Assembly (NCBI GenBank): GCA_963807605.1
Contig: CAWECG010000003.1
Coordinates: 1,056,001 to 1,120,000 of the forward strand
Length of the DNA stretch: 64,000 nt
Direction of reading: 5' to 3'
Source of the DNA: Candidatus Bathyarchaeota archaeon
GTDB lineage: Archaea > Thermoproteota > Bathyarchaeia > 40CM-2-53-6 > RBG-13-38-9
The notes under the pieces: model-generated
Database searches by the model: none
What the model was told of the DNA's origin: nothing
What the model saw: only the letters and a program-made list of their open reading frames with translations
In this document: one piece after another, positions 40,798 to 52,388 of the stretch
How positions within the stretch are numbered: position 1 is the first letter of the stretch
How the letters are laid out: the number at the start of each line of letters is the position of its first letter
Position numbers and translations under genes: made by a program

Positions 40798-42912
40798 GTG
40801 TCTGTGAAATCTAATCCCAAGTCCGATAGGGTTCCTAATCGACTTATATTTGAAAAAAGCCCCTATCTCCTACAGCATGCTTACAATCCTGTCGATTGGT
40901 ATCCGTGGGGACCTGAGGCCTTTGATAAGGCTCATAGGGAAAACAAGCTGATATTCCTGTCTATCGGTTACTCGACCTGTCATTGGTGTCACGTCATGGA
41001 ACGCGAGTCTTTTGAAGACCCCGACGTGGCAAGATTGATGAACCACGTCTTTGTTTCAATCAAAGTAGATAGAGAGGAACGACCAGACATAGACAATTTG
41101 TACATGGCTGCTTGCCAGATGCTCTCAAGCAATTGCGGATGGCCGCTAAACATCATTATGACACCGGACAAGAAACCCTTCTTTGCAGCCACCTATTTTC
41201 CCAAGGAAACCCGTGCCGGCCACATCGGCCTACTTGAATTGGTCACACAGGTCGAGGAGCTCTGGATGACCCGACCGGAAGAACTACTCAACTCAGCCGA
41301 CGAAATCACTGCTAAACTCAGCATGATCTCAAGGCTTCAAGGAGGCAAAGAACTTGGAGAGGACGCACTCAACGCAGCGTACGAACAGCTAACTCAAGCT
41401 TTTGATGAAGAGATGGGGGGCTTCAGCAGAGCGCCTAAATTCCCAATTCCTCACCATCTTTTCTTCTTGCTCCGCTACTGGAAGCGTACGGCCAATGAGA
41501 AAGCTCTTCGCATGGTTGAGAAAACCCTTCAATCTATGCGTCGAGGCGGACTCTATGATCACGTCGGTTTTGGTTTTCACCGATACTCCACTGACTTCAA
41601 ATGGCTAGTTCCACATTTCGAAAAGATGCTCTACGACCAGGCTCTGTTGACAATAGCTTACATCGAGGCTTATCAAGCAACACAAAGGCAAGAATATCGG
41701 AAGACTGCTCAAGAGATCCTTGCCTATGTACTACGTGACATGAAAGCCCCTGAAGGCGGCTTCTACTCCGCCGAAGACGCTGAGAGCGAAGGTAAAGAAG
41801 GAAAGTTTTACCTCTGGACAATAAAAGAAATCCAACAGATACTCGAAAAAGACGCTGATCTCGCTGCCAAAGCATTCAACATCGAACAAGCAGGCAACTT
41901 CATCGATGAAGCTTACGGAGAGAGAACTGGCGCGAATATCCTGCATATGAAAAAGTCGCTTAGCGACTTGGCCTACGATCTGAGAGTCTCACAGCAAGAA
42001 CTCCAAAAACGCATGGAGAGTATTCAACAAAGGCTATTAGCCGCACGTGGGGTGCGTGTGCGCCCCCACAAAGATGACAAAATCCTTGCAGACTGGAATG
42101 GTCTGATGATAGCTGCACTGGCCAAGGCGGCACAGGTCTGTGATGAGCCGACGTATGTTGAGGCTGCCAAGAACGCCGCCCATTTTATTCTTAACAATAT
42201 GCTTGATGCCGATGGGCGGCTTCTACATCGCTACAGAGAGGGCCAATCTGCCGTACCTGCCTATGCAGACGACTATATCTTTCTAATCTGGGGATTGATC
42301 GAGCTATATGAGGCTACTTTCGACGCTAATCATCTCCAGATCGCATTATCTTTGACAAATGACTTAATCAAACATTATTGGGACGAGCAGAACGGGGGGT
42401 TCTATTTTACCCCTGACGATGGCGAAGAGACCCTGATTCGCAAAAAGGAGATCTATGATGGGGCAATTCCATCAGGTAACTCCGTGGAAATGCTGAACCT
42501 GCTTCGTCTGGGACGAATGACTGACAATCGTGACTTAGAAGATAAGGCTGAACGGATAAGACGTGCCTTCTCTTCCAACGTGAGGCAATCACTTGCATCC
42601 TTCACCCAACTGCTGGTTGCACTCGACTTTGCGATTGGGCCCTCATACGAGGTAGCCATAGCCGGTGATTCGCAGACAAAGGACACTATTGAGATGATCA
42701 GGACACTGAGATCTCGGTTTCTGCCAAACATGGTAGTGCTTCTCAATCCGACAGAACAAAAATCACCCGACATATTTCGACTCGCTAAATTTCTGGAGGA
42801 TCAGACTAGTATTGATAACAGAACAACAGCCTACGTGTGTATCAATTACGCATGTAAACAGCCGGCGACAGATGCGAAGAAGATGATGGAATTGTTGGGA
42901 GTGAAAATGTGA
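40798..42912 (+). CDS. Thioredoxin-domain YyaL/SPATA20 (DUF255) family protein
   Basis: [45 protein letters not shown]. Confidence 0.95.
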   Translation: MSVKSNPKSDRVPNRLIFEKSPYLLQHAYNPVDWYPWGPEAFDKAHRENKLIFLSIGYSTCHWCHVMERESFEDPDVARLMNHVFVSIKVDREERPDIDNLYMAACQMLSSNCGWPLNIIMTPDKKPFFAATYFPKETRAGHIGLLELVTQVEELWMTRPEELLNSADEITAKLSMISRLQGGKELGEDALNAAYEQLTQAFDEEMGGFSRAPKFPIPHHLFFLLRYWKRTANEKALRMVEKTLQSMRRGGLYDHVGFGFHRYSTDFKWLVPHFEKMLYDQALLTIAYIEAYQATQRQEYRKTAQEILAYVLRDMKAPEGGFYSAEDAESEGKEGKFYLWTIKEIQQILEKDADLAAKAFNIEQAGNFIDEAYGERTGANILHMKKSLSDLAYDLRVSQQELQKRMESIQQRLLAARGVRVRPHKDDKILADWNGLMIAALAKAAQVCDEPTYVEAAKNAAHFILNNMLDADGRLLHRYREGQSAVPAYADDYIFLIWGLIELYEATFDANHLQIALSLTNDLIKHYWDEQNGGFYFTPDDGEETLIRKKEIYDGAIPSGNSVEMLNLLRLGRMTDNRDLEDKAERIRRAFSSNVRQSLASFTQLLVALDFAIGPSYEVAIAGDSQTKDTIEMIRTLRSRFLPNMVVLLNPTEQKSPDIFRLAKFLEDQTSIDNRTTAYVCINYACKQPATDAKKMMELLGVKM

Positions 42913-43223
42913 AACAAGATGATCTTAATCCGACTCTATATTACGCGAACTAAGAACGAACGGCAAGCACGATTTGCGAAGAATCACGCTTCTATTCTGA
43001 CGTAGATCTGTTGAGACATCATTTCCGCTTTCAATTCATGAGAAGCTGTACTAATGAGTCCGTTTCCCAAACTGGGTCTCTTTCTTTGGACGATCAATTT
43101 AGCAGTTAGTCTCGAAGGCTCAACTATTATTTACGGAAACGCTTAAATTTGAACCTGGTGTTTGAGCAGATCATTCTTCCTAAAACATTTCATAGCCAAT
43201 CAAATAATGCGGGGGTATGATAG

Positions 43224-44240
43224 ATGTCGAAGAAAGCCAAAGTCGCTCTTCTGAAAGTCAAGGACTTTGATAATCCATATGATGCCATAAGGGAGGCTGT
43301 AGGACTCGCTGGTGGATTTGAAGAAGCGATAAAGAGAGAACCGTACACAACAATTAAGCCAAATCTTGTACGAATTCCGAAATACCGACAGGCGCCTACA
43401 CCTAGAGGAGCAGCTACAAGTTTTGAGGTTTTGAATGCTGTAATAAAATTGACAAAGGAAAAGACGTCGAACGTGGGCATAATAGAATCCGATGCCATGC
43501 TTGGACCGGCTGAGGAAGCTTTCGAGAAATACAAGCTCTATGATTTGGCCAAGAAGTATGATCTCGATTTGATTAATGCTTCTAACGATGAGCTTATTAC
43601 ATGCGAGGTCCCCGACCCCCAGTTCTATGTGGCTATAGATGGATTGAATTGGTTAGATAATCCTGAAAGAGAGATGTTTGCAAGCGAGTATGTATTGAGG
43701 CTCTCAAAGAAATATCTGAAAAGTAATAGAATATCCGTTCCGTCAATGAAGACGCAGGCCGATCCCTACTCTGCTATTACTTTCTCAGTCAAGAATATGT
43801 TCGGAGTCTTGCCTGAGGTTAAGAAATTCCTTAAGTTCCACGAAATAAAATCGTGGAAGGGCCACAAATTTAATTTTGGAATAAATGTAGGTAGGGCCCT
43901 CTTGGATCTCTGCCAGGTAGCACCACCTGATTACGCGATCATTGATGGACTCTGGGGGCTTCATGGTCCAGGTGCTCCTGGAACCGGATATAGCGTAAGA
44001 ATAGGTGTGATAATAGCCTCCAAGGATGCGTGGGCTGCAGATACTGTTGCAGGCTCGGTCGTCGGATTTGATATGAGGAGGTTATTCTACTTTAGAAAGG
44101 CAGAGAGGATGGGATTAGGAGTAACGAATATTGAGGATATAGAGGTGGTGGGAGAAGAAGTGGAGTCTGTAAGAGTTCCCTTCAAACTCGATGTCAGCTT
44201 GGAAGCCCAACGCCTTCTTGATGAAACCTGCGGTCGTTGA
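43224..44240 (+). CDS. DUF362 domain protein
   Basis: IKPN, P.MKT, SVKNMFG, IIDG, D..A.D. Confidence 0.85.
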   Translation: MSKKAKVALLKVKDFDNPYDAIREAVGLAGGFEEAIKREPYTTIKPNLVRIPKYRQAPTPRGAATSFEVLNAVIKLTKEKTSNVGIIESDAMLGPAEEAFEKYKLYDLAKKYDLDLINASNDELITCEVPDPQFYVAIDGLNWLDNPEREMFASEYVLRLSKKYLKSNRISVPSMKTQADPYSAITFSVKNMFGVLPEVKKFLKFHEIKSWKGHKFNFGINVGRALLDLCQVAPPDYAIIDGLWGLHGPGAPGTGYSVRIGVIIASKDAWAADTVAGSVVGFDMRRLFYFRKAERMGLGVTNIEDIEVVGEEVESVRVPFKLDVSLEAQRLLDETCGR

Positions 44241-44417
44241 AAGCAGTTTTGGAGGCAAACGCTATCGGAATTGCGTAGGCTTCGTCTTTCATCAACTAAG
44301 GGTCTCAACACTACCTCAAAAATTACCTCATTCATCAGAAACATGGAAGGGCTTTTTCTACAAGCTATGCCGACGACTTTGTAAATCGATCGACACAGCG
44401 TGATCTCTTTTTGACAC

Positions 44418-44744
44418 CTAGATGAGCCCTTCTAATCGCAGCCACATTTTCGTCGAATCCAAGAGGCTCCTGCAATCGCTCTTGGCAAAGTCGTAGTCGT
44501 CGGTTCCAGGCTCATTATTCTTAAACGTTGCCGCGTCTCGTTTGAGATGTTTCATGCTCCCTTCCAAGACTTCCAGGTCATGGGAGGATCCTGCTTCATC
44601 TCTCTCCCCTTGAATTATGGTCAATACTTCTGAGGCAAAAGATTCCAGTCCTGCGGGGCTTAACGCTTCAAGCTCGCCTTTGTTTTCCAGGTATAATGTA
44701 GCGATTCTTTGTTTGAGTTCATGGGAGATGCCTGCGGGTTGCAT
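44418..44744 (-). CDS. Hypothetical protein
   Basis: 108-aa ORF co-oriented just downstream of the ADH gene. Confidence 0.55.
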   Translation of the reverse strand: MQPAGISHELKQRIATLYLENKGELEALSPAGLESFASEVLTIIQGERDEAGSSHDLEVLEGSMKHLKRDAATFKNNEPGTDDYDFAKSDCRSLLDSTKMWLRLEGLI

Positions 44745-44762
44745 GGTTCAATCTCTCTCTTG

Positions 44763-45771
44763 CTATGGTATGAGCACTGCCCTACCTATCATATCTCCGT
44801 CTTTTAGTTTGCGTAAGACCTCTGGGGCTTGGATGAGAGGATATGTCTGGGTAGTTATTCTGATCTTTCCTGACGCTGCTATTCTCAGAACCTCCTCCAT
44901 GTCAAGTCTTGTTCCGATAGCGCTACCTTTGATCGTCTTTTCCATGAAGGACATCAAATTATTGACATTCCCAGTAACTCCAAGAACTAGCGTGCCTCTA
45001 GGTTTGGTGATTCTCTGTGCTCTATCTATCGCATCTTGAGAGGGTGCGAAGACTATTGCAGAGTCAACATAACCCATTTTCTTCATCTCAGGTACAAGAT
45101 TATCATCTTGAATGATGGCTCTATCTGCCCCCATCTTCATTGCTAAGTCTAGGTTCTTCTGGCTTCTGCTGATTGCGACGACAGTAGCTCCCGTCATCTT
45201 GGCAAATTGCACTGCAACGTGCCCGACTCCACCGATCCCAAATATAGCCACAGTTTTACTGGGGAAAAGACCGGCCTGCTTTACAGCTCTATGGGCTGTG
45301 ACTCCCGGGCAGAACAGAGGAGCCGCCTGGTCATCTTTCAGATTTGCGGGAATACGATAAACGAAGTTGGCCTTCCCCCTAATGTACTCGGCATAGCCGC
45401 CGTCAACAGTCTCACCCGTGATCAGTCTATGAGGGCAGAGGTGTTCCCTACCACAGGCAAAACTCACAGTTGCCGCACGCCCAGTATAACGGTTGAATTC
45501 CAGCTCTGTCGCCAACATTAAGATTTGTAACCTTTGAACCAGTACTCTCAATCATCCCCGAGATCTCATGATCCGGAATGATCGGCAATCTTGAAGGAAT
45601 CCCTAGTCTACTGTATACCCCCTCGATCACGTTCAAGTTGGACCGGCAGACTCCACATGCTTTTACTCGTATCAATACTTCATCATCAGCAGGCTTAGGA
45701 TCATCATATTCTGCGTATCTGAGTGGATCCTGTTCGATCACTGCAGGTTTATCCAGAAGAACCGCTTTCAT
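44763..45771 (-). CDS. Zinc-dependent alcohol dehydrogenase; frameshift at ~45452
   Basis: CGVCRS and HEISG in the 5' frame; DGGYAEY, PLFCPGVT and GIGGVG in the 3' frame. Some motif substitutions (SN for TD, DHE for GHE) hint at decay. Confidence 0.85.
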
Positions 45772-45857
45772 CCTAGGATCTACGCGCGCGCGTATCAACA
45801 GTACACCAAGAACCCTATATTTGAGGGATCAAGCATAGATTCCACCTTCCTTAGGTT

Positions 45858-46961
45858 GTGGACTATTTGTTAGCATCACGAATCCTATTCTTTGATTATG
45901 CCGGAAAAGAAGACGTACTGGATGGAATAGGCGAACATTTCAGAAATATAGTAGAGGGAGTCGTCTCACCGGGCGACAAAGTCGCTATTAAAGTGCACAT
46001 GGGTGAGTATGGAAATCTAACGTACCTGAGACCGCCCTTTGTCAGCTTATTTGTGAAGTTGGTAAAGGAGGCCGAGGGCAAACCCTTCGTGACAGACACT
46101 ACAGCACTCTATCCCAAGCATAGATTCACTGCGGAGCAGTACCTCCAAACCGCATCGTACAATGGCTTTACAGAGCAGTCGCTCGGAGCGCCTATAGTGA
46201 TCGCTGATGGACCGCTAGGATATGATGGCGTAAGCCAAAGGTTGAGAAAGGTTATTGACGGATGTGATTTCAAGAAAATACCTGTCGCAAAGGCCATAGC
46301 CAACTCAGATGCGATGATCGTTCTCACTCATGGTAAAGGGCACATGCTCAGCGGATTCGGAGGAGCAATTAAGAATTTGGCTATGGGCTGCACGACGAAA
46401 GATGGAAAAGCAGCGCAGCACCTTGCAAATAGAGTCATACTAAACGTTGACAAATGCAATGGCTGTGGCGAATGTGTGGAGGCCTGCCCATTTGGTGCTG
46501 TCGAAATTAGAGCGGGCAAACACGTGAAGCTTTTGTCAAAATGTATGTCATGTATTAGCTGTTTTTTCGCCTGTACAGAGGGCGCTCTACATCTGCCAAG
46601 CGATGCCAAGGTAAAATTCCAGGTAAACCTGGCCCACGCAGCTCAGGGAGTCATAGCAAGATTTCCCAAAAGCAAGATTGCCTACCTCAACTTCCTCCAG
46701 GATATCACCAAGCTCTGCGATTGCGCTACTCCATCGGGAAGGCCACTTATGCAAGACATTGGGGTACTCGGCGGAGAAGATCCTGTCGCAATAGATAAGG
46801 CCTCAATAGACCTCATAGATAAAGCACCGATGTATAGAAGAAATTCGCTGAAGCGTACGGACACTATCGGAAGACTGAATGAGACAAGCAGCTTTATTCA
46901 TATCAGAACGGCAGAGAAGCTTGGATTGGGAAGTACGCGCTACCGCCTAGTGAGGAACTAA
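45858..46961 (+). CDS. DUF362 protein with 4Fe-4S dicluster domain
   Basis: KVHMGE, H.KGH..SGFGGAIKNLAMGC, CxxCxxC..CP, CDC. Confidence 0.9.
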   Translation: MDYLLASRILFFDYAGKEDVLDGIGEHFRNIVEGVVSPGDKVAIKVHMGEYGNLTYLRPPFVSLFVKLVKEAEGKPFVTDTTALYPKHRFTAEQYLQTASYNGFTEQSLGAPIVIADGPLGYDGVSQRLRKVIDGCDFKKIPVAKAIANSDAMIVLTHGKGHMLSGFGGAIKNLAMGCTTKDGKAAQHLANRVILNVDKCNGCGECVEACPFGAVEIRAGKHVKLLSKCMSCISCFFACTEGALHLPSDAKVKFQVNLAHAAQGVIARFPKSKIAYLNFLQDITKLCDCATPSGRPLMQDIGVLGGEDPVAIDKASIDLIDKAPMYRRNSLKRTDTIGRLNETSSFIHIRTAEKLGLGSTRYRLVRN

Positions 46962-47166
46962 ACTAGGAGGCTCACGCGCGCGTCGAGTATTGAGGAAAAT
47001 AAGAAAGTTGGCAAGTAGTGCGCAGGTGAACGCGTGCGTATCCAAAATGGGTCAGACTGAACGACAATCTCAAGATATCGCAAACTGACCGTAGCTTAAA
47101 TAACCACGACCTAAAAAACACAGAAGAAAAGAATGGTCGTCCGTTCCTAGCGAGCGCTAAAGTTAT

Positions 47167-47526
47167 CTACTGAACTTCCCCGCATTTTGGGCAGTACTTG
47201 ACTTTTGAAGAGATTTCTGCTCCGCAACTGATACAGAATTTTTTGGGTTCAGTAGTAGCAGGAGGAGGCGCTACCCTCTGAACGACCTTCTTACGTCTCG
47301 CTCGCACTAGGATTGTGAAAATGAGCCATGCTATCACGCCATATATTATTCCATTAAATACAGCGAAGATTAAGATCGACGCGGGTATTCCAAGCACCGG
47401 ATATGAGGTTTCAGGGACGTTTAGAAGGCTGTAAAGTTGCCTTCCAGGAGGCAAATCAGTATAATACCGCAATGTCACTGCTCCGAAAATTACAAAGAAT
47501 ACTAGGAAGACTATCGCGCCTTTCAT
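47167..47526 (-). CDS. Membrane protein with C-terminal zinc ribbon
   Basis: Two TM helices; KFCISCG..KYCPKCG. Confidence 0.8.
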   Translation of the reverse strand: MKGAIVFLVFFVIFGAVTLRYYTDLPPGRQLYSLLNVPETSYPVLGIPASILIFAVFNGIIYGVIAWLIFTILVRARRKKVVQRVAPPPATTEPKKFCISCGAEISSKVKYCPKCGEVQ

Positions 47527-48034
47527 GATATGTCTACACTCATTAGCTACCGATCAGATTATTAAAATGTGTGATAGATTGAAGCCCAACTATATCCCAT
47601 GAGATTCAAGCAGTGGAGAAGGGAATGAAGAACCACCACTATCGGCATAATCTATTTTAGATATTCCCAAACGCGTGAGACACCACTTCATGAGGCCGTG
47701 TTTGCAGCTACTAAATTTATCTATTCTCCAACGTACATACGTCAGGCAGAAACAGTTATCTTAAGTAGAAACAAAAGTAGAACACAATAGCCTAGGAGCG
47801 TTTAGCTTAATGGAATCCAATATGTCGACTCCAGAGGAAGTTGCATGTCCCGTCACCACCAAAGATACCGGCAAGTAAATTGAGTATTTTTTTGTCACAA
47901 CCAATTTGTTCTTTCAGATTTCTTGTATTTTTGACCGGATTACTTTGTTGTATGCGGTTTGACGCCAAGACCTGTTGACAAAGTGCGCGCTTTTAGAACT
48001 CTAGGTAAAATGAGTGGAATTGTTGAATAGAGGT

Positions 48035-48430
48035 TTAACTGATTTCATATTGGATGATGTTTCCATTTCCGTCAAAAACTCGTATGTCATTTTCTGAGTC
48101 GTAAGGGTATGCCGTAATAATCATTATGCGGCCGTAGAAGTGGTTCAAGTCATGTGTCGAAGGCGCCAACACTCCAGAAGGATGCGAATGAGCGACACCC
48201 ATTATTGACAGGGCGCTTGGAAGCATCGACAGAGGGAAGCCAGAGAAAGCTTGACCGTGAGTAGCCAGAGGTGGAATAATGACATTGTCTATCAATATTT
48301 TGCCCCCACCTGCCTTTCCTTGGAGTATTAGAATGGACTCCTTAGGGTGGGCCATCTTTGCATAAGTTAGGATACTATCAATGACCGATCGCTTGATGGT
48401 CAATGATCTCATCGGCATGAGAAATCCCAA
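48035..48430 (-). CDS. JAMM/MPN+ (Mov34) metalloprotease
   Basis: PKE, HSHP....S..D motif. Confidence 0.9.
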   Translation of the reverse strand: MGFLMPMRSLTIKRSVIDSILTYAKMAHPKESILILQGKAGGGKILIDNVIIPPLATHGQAFSGFPLSMLPSALSIMGVAHSHPSGVLAPSTHDLNHFYGRIMIITAYPYDSENDIRVFDGNGNIIQYEIS

Positions 48431-48734
48431 CGTTTTCCTATGGCGTATGCAGAGTTAAGCTGACTTGGAATGAATAAAGCTTCGCAAATTGACTCTCACA
48501 ATCTTCTTTGATAGCCTCGAGTATCAAGAAAAAACGAGAGAATCTGAAGCGTCCATAGAAAGATGTGGGGTGTTAGCTGGAATTTTTCAGATCGAGCTCC
48601 CAATTCAGTCGTTTAAAATCACAATTAGAGCGGCAAAGTCAAATAGGAGACATTTGACCTAAAGAACTGATCTACTTATCCGAAATAAAATGGGAATATT
48701 CTGGCGTAGACGATTCTGATGTGTTTGTGAGAGC

Positions 48735-49943
48735 TTGGAAAGCTTCGATGCCATTATCATTGGGGCTGGACCAGCCGGAGCGACGGCTGCGAGGGAGTGC
48801 AGCAGACAAGGTCTGAGGGCCGTCCTCATCGAGAAGGAAAAGCTGCCGAGACCAAAACTGTGTGGCGGTGGCATTACTCTGAAGGCCATGAACCTAGTTG
48901 GTGAAAGGATTCCTGAACACGTCATTGAGAGTGATGTCATGGGATTCCGTATCTATTCTCATTCTATGGATTCTGTTGAATTTGTTTCAAGAGATCCGAT
49001 TTTGATTTCTACTTCTCGCGACAAGTTTGACGAGTTTTTGACCGAATTGGCTGTGCGTGAGGGTTGCGAGTTGATCGAATCGGATAGAGTCGTCGATATT
49101 TCAGTTCTGAGTGACGAGGTCATATGTAGACTGCAGAGTGGACGACTTGTCAGAGCAAATTTGGTAATTGGAGCGGACGGTGTCAACAGCACAACTGCCT
49201 GGGAAACTGGAATTCGCAGACACTGGAGAAAAGAGGAAGTAGCCCTGTGTCTGGAGACGACAATTCCGCTGAACCGGACAGATATGAAGAATATTGATCC
49301 GGAGGTCTTTGAACTATACTTCGATGACAACCTCTTTGGATACAAATGGCTAATTCCGAAGAGGTCTGCGATCTCTGTTGGCGTAGGCGGCCTCCTAGCT
49401 CTCTTACATAAACCTCAGGATATCCTAGAGGATTTTTCCCAGACATTATCGAAGCTTAAAAAGATCGACATTAGAATATCACATTTTGGAGGGCATCTCG
49501 TTCCTGCAGTTGGTTTTGTACGTGAAGTAGTCTCAGATCGCGTAATTCTCGTTGGAGATGCTGCCGGGTGTGTCGACCCCCTAATGGGAGAGGGGATCTA
49601 TTATGCCATGAAAAGTGGCATTTTGGCAGCAGCCGCCTGCAGAAAGGCAATAGATGAGAGAAACACGGGCTCCTCCTTCCTAAGAAAAAATTATGAAAAA
49701 GAGTGCATGAGAGAATTCGGAAAGGACTTGAAGGTTGCGCTAGACCTGAGATACAGAGTCTGCAACGACTTCGACACTTTCTTCGGACTAATAGAGACTC
49801 ACTCAGCCTCAATGCTGGCTGATGTAACTTGTGGAAAGATTAACTACCAAGCTCTACGGAGAAAAGTATTCTTGTTGCTAGCCGCTAGATTTGTCGAGAG
49901 TAAAGTAAAAGGTGTGCTTCAAAGAAGGCCAGATCTTAGATAG
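48735..49943 (+). CDS. Geranylgeranyl reductase family flavoprotein
   Basis: GAGPAG, KLCGGG, GADG, Y.W.IPK, GDAAG..DP..GEGI. Confidence 0.9.
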   Translation: MESFDAIIIGAGPAGATAARECSRQGLRAVLIEKEKLPRPKLCGGGITLKAMNLVGERIPEHVIESDVMGFRIYSHSMDSVEFVSRDPILISTSRDKFDEFLTELAVREGCELIESDRVVDISVLSDEVICRLQSGRLVRANLVIGADGVNSTTAWETGIRRHWRKEEVALCLETTIPLNRTDMKNIDPEVFELYFDDNLFGYKWLIPKRSAISVGVGGLLALLHKPQDILEDFSQTLSKLKKIDIRISHFGGHLVPAVGFVREVVSDRVILVGDAAGCVDPLMGEGIYYAMKSGILAAAACRKAIDERNTGSSFLRKNYEKECMREFGKDLKVALDLRYRVCNDFDTFFGLIETHSASMLADVTCGKINYQALRRKVFLLLAARFVESKVKGVLQRRPDLR

Positions 49944-49959
49944 GCCCTAGGCGTGCGTT

Positions 49960-50871
49960 CTAACCCAGGCTCTGTGATATTACCGATTGAATTGAGGAAG
50001 CTGCTTCCAAGAGCTGTCTCTTCTCATCAGCGTTCAATTCCAGTTCTATTATTTTTTCAACACCCTTCTTTCCCAGTATTACAGGTAGGCCGATTGCAAC
50101 ATCCTTGAGGCCGTATTCTCCATTTGGAACAACGCAGGCACTAGTTACTCTATTTCTGCCATTGAGTACGGCATCAGCCATAACAGCAACTACAGATGCA
50201 GGGGCATGAACAGTGGCACCCTTTAGTTTGATCACTTCCATTGCACATGACCTTGTCGTCTCTACGACTCTTTTGATACTCTCAGAGCTAAGCAACCTTC
50301 CTATCGGAATTCCGGATACGGTGGTGTAGTCGACTAGCGGAATCATGAGATCGCCATGCTCTCCGATGACTAAGCCTTGGATGTCTTGCTTCGATACGTT
50401 GAATTCAAGTGCTACGTATGAACGATATCTTGAAGCATCAAGCATTCCACTCATGCCAAAGACTCTGTTGCGCTCTAAGCCCGACTTCTTGTAAGCTAGA
50501 TATGTCATAGCATCTACTGGGTTCGTTACCAGCATTATCTTACATTCCGGGGCATATCGAACAATTTCTTCAACTACCGAAGAAACTATGTTAGCATTAT
50601 TCTGCGCTAGGTCACGTCTTGAAGTATTGGGTTTTCGAGGATATCCAGCAGTCACGACGACTAGTTCGGAGCCAGCGACATCTGCGAAATCTGAGCTACC
50701 TTTGATCTTCCTGTCAAACCCAAGAGAAGGAGACGCCTGCCTCATGTCAAGCGCCTCGCCTTCGGCGAGGCCTTTCTGAACGTCAATCAAAGTTATGTCT
50801 GAGATATTCATGTGAAGGATACTTAACGCACAAGCGCTACCGATTCTTCCCGCGCCAATAATCGATATCAA
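49960..50871 (-). CDS. mdh: Malate dehydrogenase (LDH-like)
   Basis: GAGRIG, TAGYPRKP..SRRDL, VTNPVD, LD..R, GEHGD. Confidence 0.92.
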   Translation of the reverse strand: MISIIGAGRIGSACALSILHMNISDITLIDVQKGLAEGEALDMRQASPSLGFDRKIKGSSDFADVAGSELVVVTAGYPRKPNTSRRDLAQNNANIVSSVVEEIVRYAPECKIMLVTNPVDAMTYLAYKKSGLERNRVFGMSGMLDASRYRSYVALEFNVSKQDIQGLVIGEHGDLMIPLVDYTTVSGIPIGRLLSSESIKRVVETTRSCAMEVIKLKGATVHAPASVVAVMADAVLNGRNRVTSACVVPNGEYGLKDVAIGLPVILGKKGVEKIIELELNADEKRQLLEAASSIQSVISQSLG

Positions 50872-51060
50872 TTGATGTCAACCGAAGCTAGAGTCGTTGC
50901 CCATTAGTGCCGAGACAGATATTGTGGGCATCGCTCACGTACTAATGTCTGTATTTATGCTTTTGTGGCGGCTGTAAGAGTGTGACATCGACCTCATTTC
51001 ATTCGGAAACAACAGACATATTAGATCAACTTAACAACCAATTATTAGGAGCTGAATTGC

Positions 51061-51414
51061 GTGATACGTAGCATCGGAAGTGTAGCTGTTCTCGTATCTG
51101 ATGCCCAGAAATCCAAGAAATGGTATGTTGAGAAACTAGGCTTCACAGTTGAATCAGATGAGAAACACTGGGTTACGGTTTGTCCAAGCGGTTCTTCCAC
51201 AGTACTACATCTGTGCGAGACGGACTCATTAGAACCCGGAAATTCGGGAATCACTCTACAGACAGATAATCTTGATGCCACGTACAAAGCTTTGAAGCAG
51301 AAGGGAGTTGAATTCGCAAGGGAGCTAGCTCCCTCTGAATGGGACGCGAATATGAAGTATGCAATGCTCAAAGATCCTGACGGGAACGAATTCTGGCTAG
51401 TGGCCAGTGATTAA
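51061..51414 (+). CDS. VOC/glyoxalase family protein
   Basis: V.VSD...WY..KLGF, DPDGN. Confidence 0.9.
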   Translation: MIRSIGSVAVLVSDAQKSKKWYVEKLGFTVESDEKHWVTVCPSGSSTVLHLCETDSLEPGNSGITLQTDNLDATYKALKQKGVEFARELAPSEWDANMKYAMLKDPDGNEFWLVASD

Positions 51415-51510
51415 TGGATATCGTAGCACGCGTCTGCAACCCCATATTCTAGACCGCGCGCTAACGAGGTCAATATGGAACACTTTTTTCTGAAAGGATT
51501 TGTTTTACTG

Positions 51511-51927
51511 CTATTCGCCTAATACTTCCACGACTATTCTCCGGTTTCTGGGTCCGTCAAGTTCGAGAAGGAAGATGTTCTGCCAAGTCCCCCTCAACAG
51601 CCTACCATCTTTGATAGGCAGGGTTCTTGAAGGGCCTATGAACGTTGAAGCTAAATGTGCATCAGCATTGTTGTCTATCCTATCATGGCTCCAGCCAGCG
51701 TTTTTTGGAAACTCTTGGTCGATCTTGCGGAGAATGTCATTCATTAATCCTCTCTCGTTCTCGTTTACTATTACAGCCGTCGTAGAGTGTAGGCTCGATA
51801 CCAAACAAATTCCATTCTTGATGTCACTATCGTTCACGAATCCTTCGACCTTGTCCGTTATGTCAATAAGTTCGGTTCTGTTACTTGTGGAGATATTCAT
51901 CTCTTCAAAAAGAAACTTCAATCTCAC
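51511..51927 (-). CDS. yjbQ: YjbQ/UPF0047 family protein
   Basis: HSTTA...NE.E, NADAHL, GTWQ.IF..E.DGPR.R. Confidence 0.92.
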   Translation of the reverse strand: MRLKFLFEEMNISTSNRTELIDITDKVEGFVNDSDIKNGICLVSSLHSTTAVIVNENERGLMNDILRKIDQEFPKNAGWSHDRIDNNADAHLASTFIGPSRTLPIKDGRLLRGTWQNIFLLELDGPRNRRIVVEVLGE

Positions 51928-51982
51928 ACCTTGAGATTGTGTATATCATTGCACTGGTTGCATTACCAATGCTGATAATGTA

Positions 51983-52243
51983 CTATTTCGCTGAGTGGTC
52001 TTCTGTCCGAGCGCGCGCTATCTCACTTGTATTCTTGACAAACGGATCGTGTTCATGGGCGACTCGAAGGGCCTCTATGAGAGAAGGGTCTGTAACAACT
52101 ATGAAGTGCCAAAGTTGCTTGTTTGCGGCCGAGGGCGACAGTCTCCCAGCCTCAAGGATACGCTCAAGCTTTCCCTTCTCCACGGGTCTTGATTTGTATC
52201 TTCTTATACTTCTCCTTACGCGTATCGCCTCGAATACATCCAT
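51983..52243 (-). pseudogene. Nitroreductase N-terminal fragment
   Basis: MDVFEAI..RRSIRRY, LSPSAANKQ.WHFIVV. Homology ends around the GCGCGCGCTA motif (52011-52020). Confidence 0.8.
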
Positions 52244-52388
52244 TTTGAACTCCTCTTTGCAAACTAATCTCTGGCCCAAATACTTTAGGATTCCAGTGTC
52301 AGCTTGATCTTCTTCTAAAGATGCGTCGAAGACGCAGACGTTCAGTTGAAAAAAAGTCTTGAGCTGGTTTGAAATCATCGGTGAGAAG

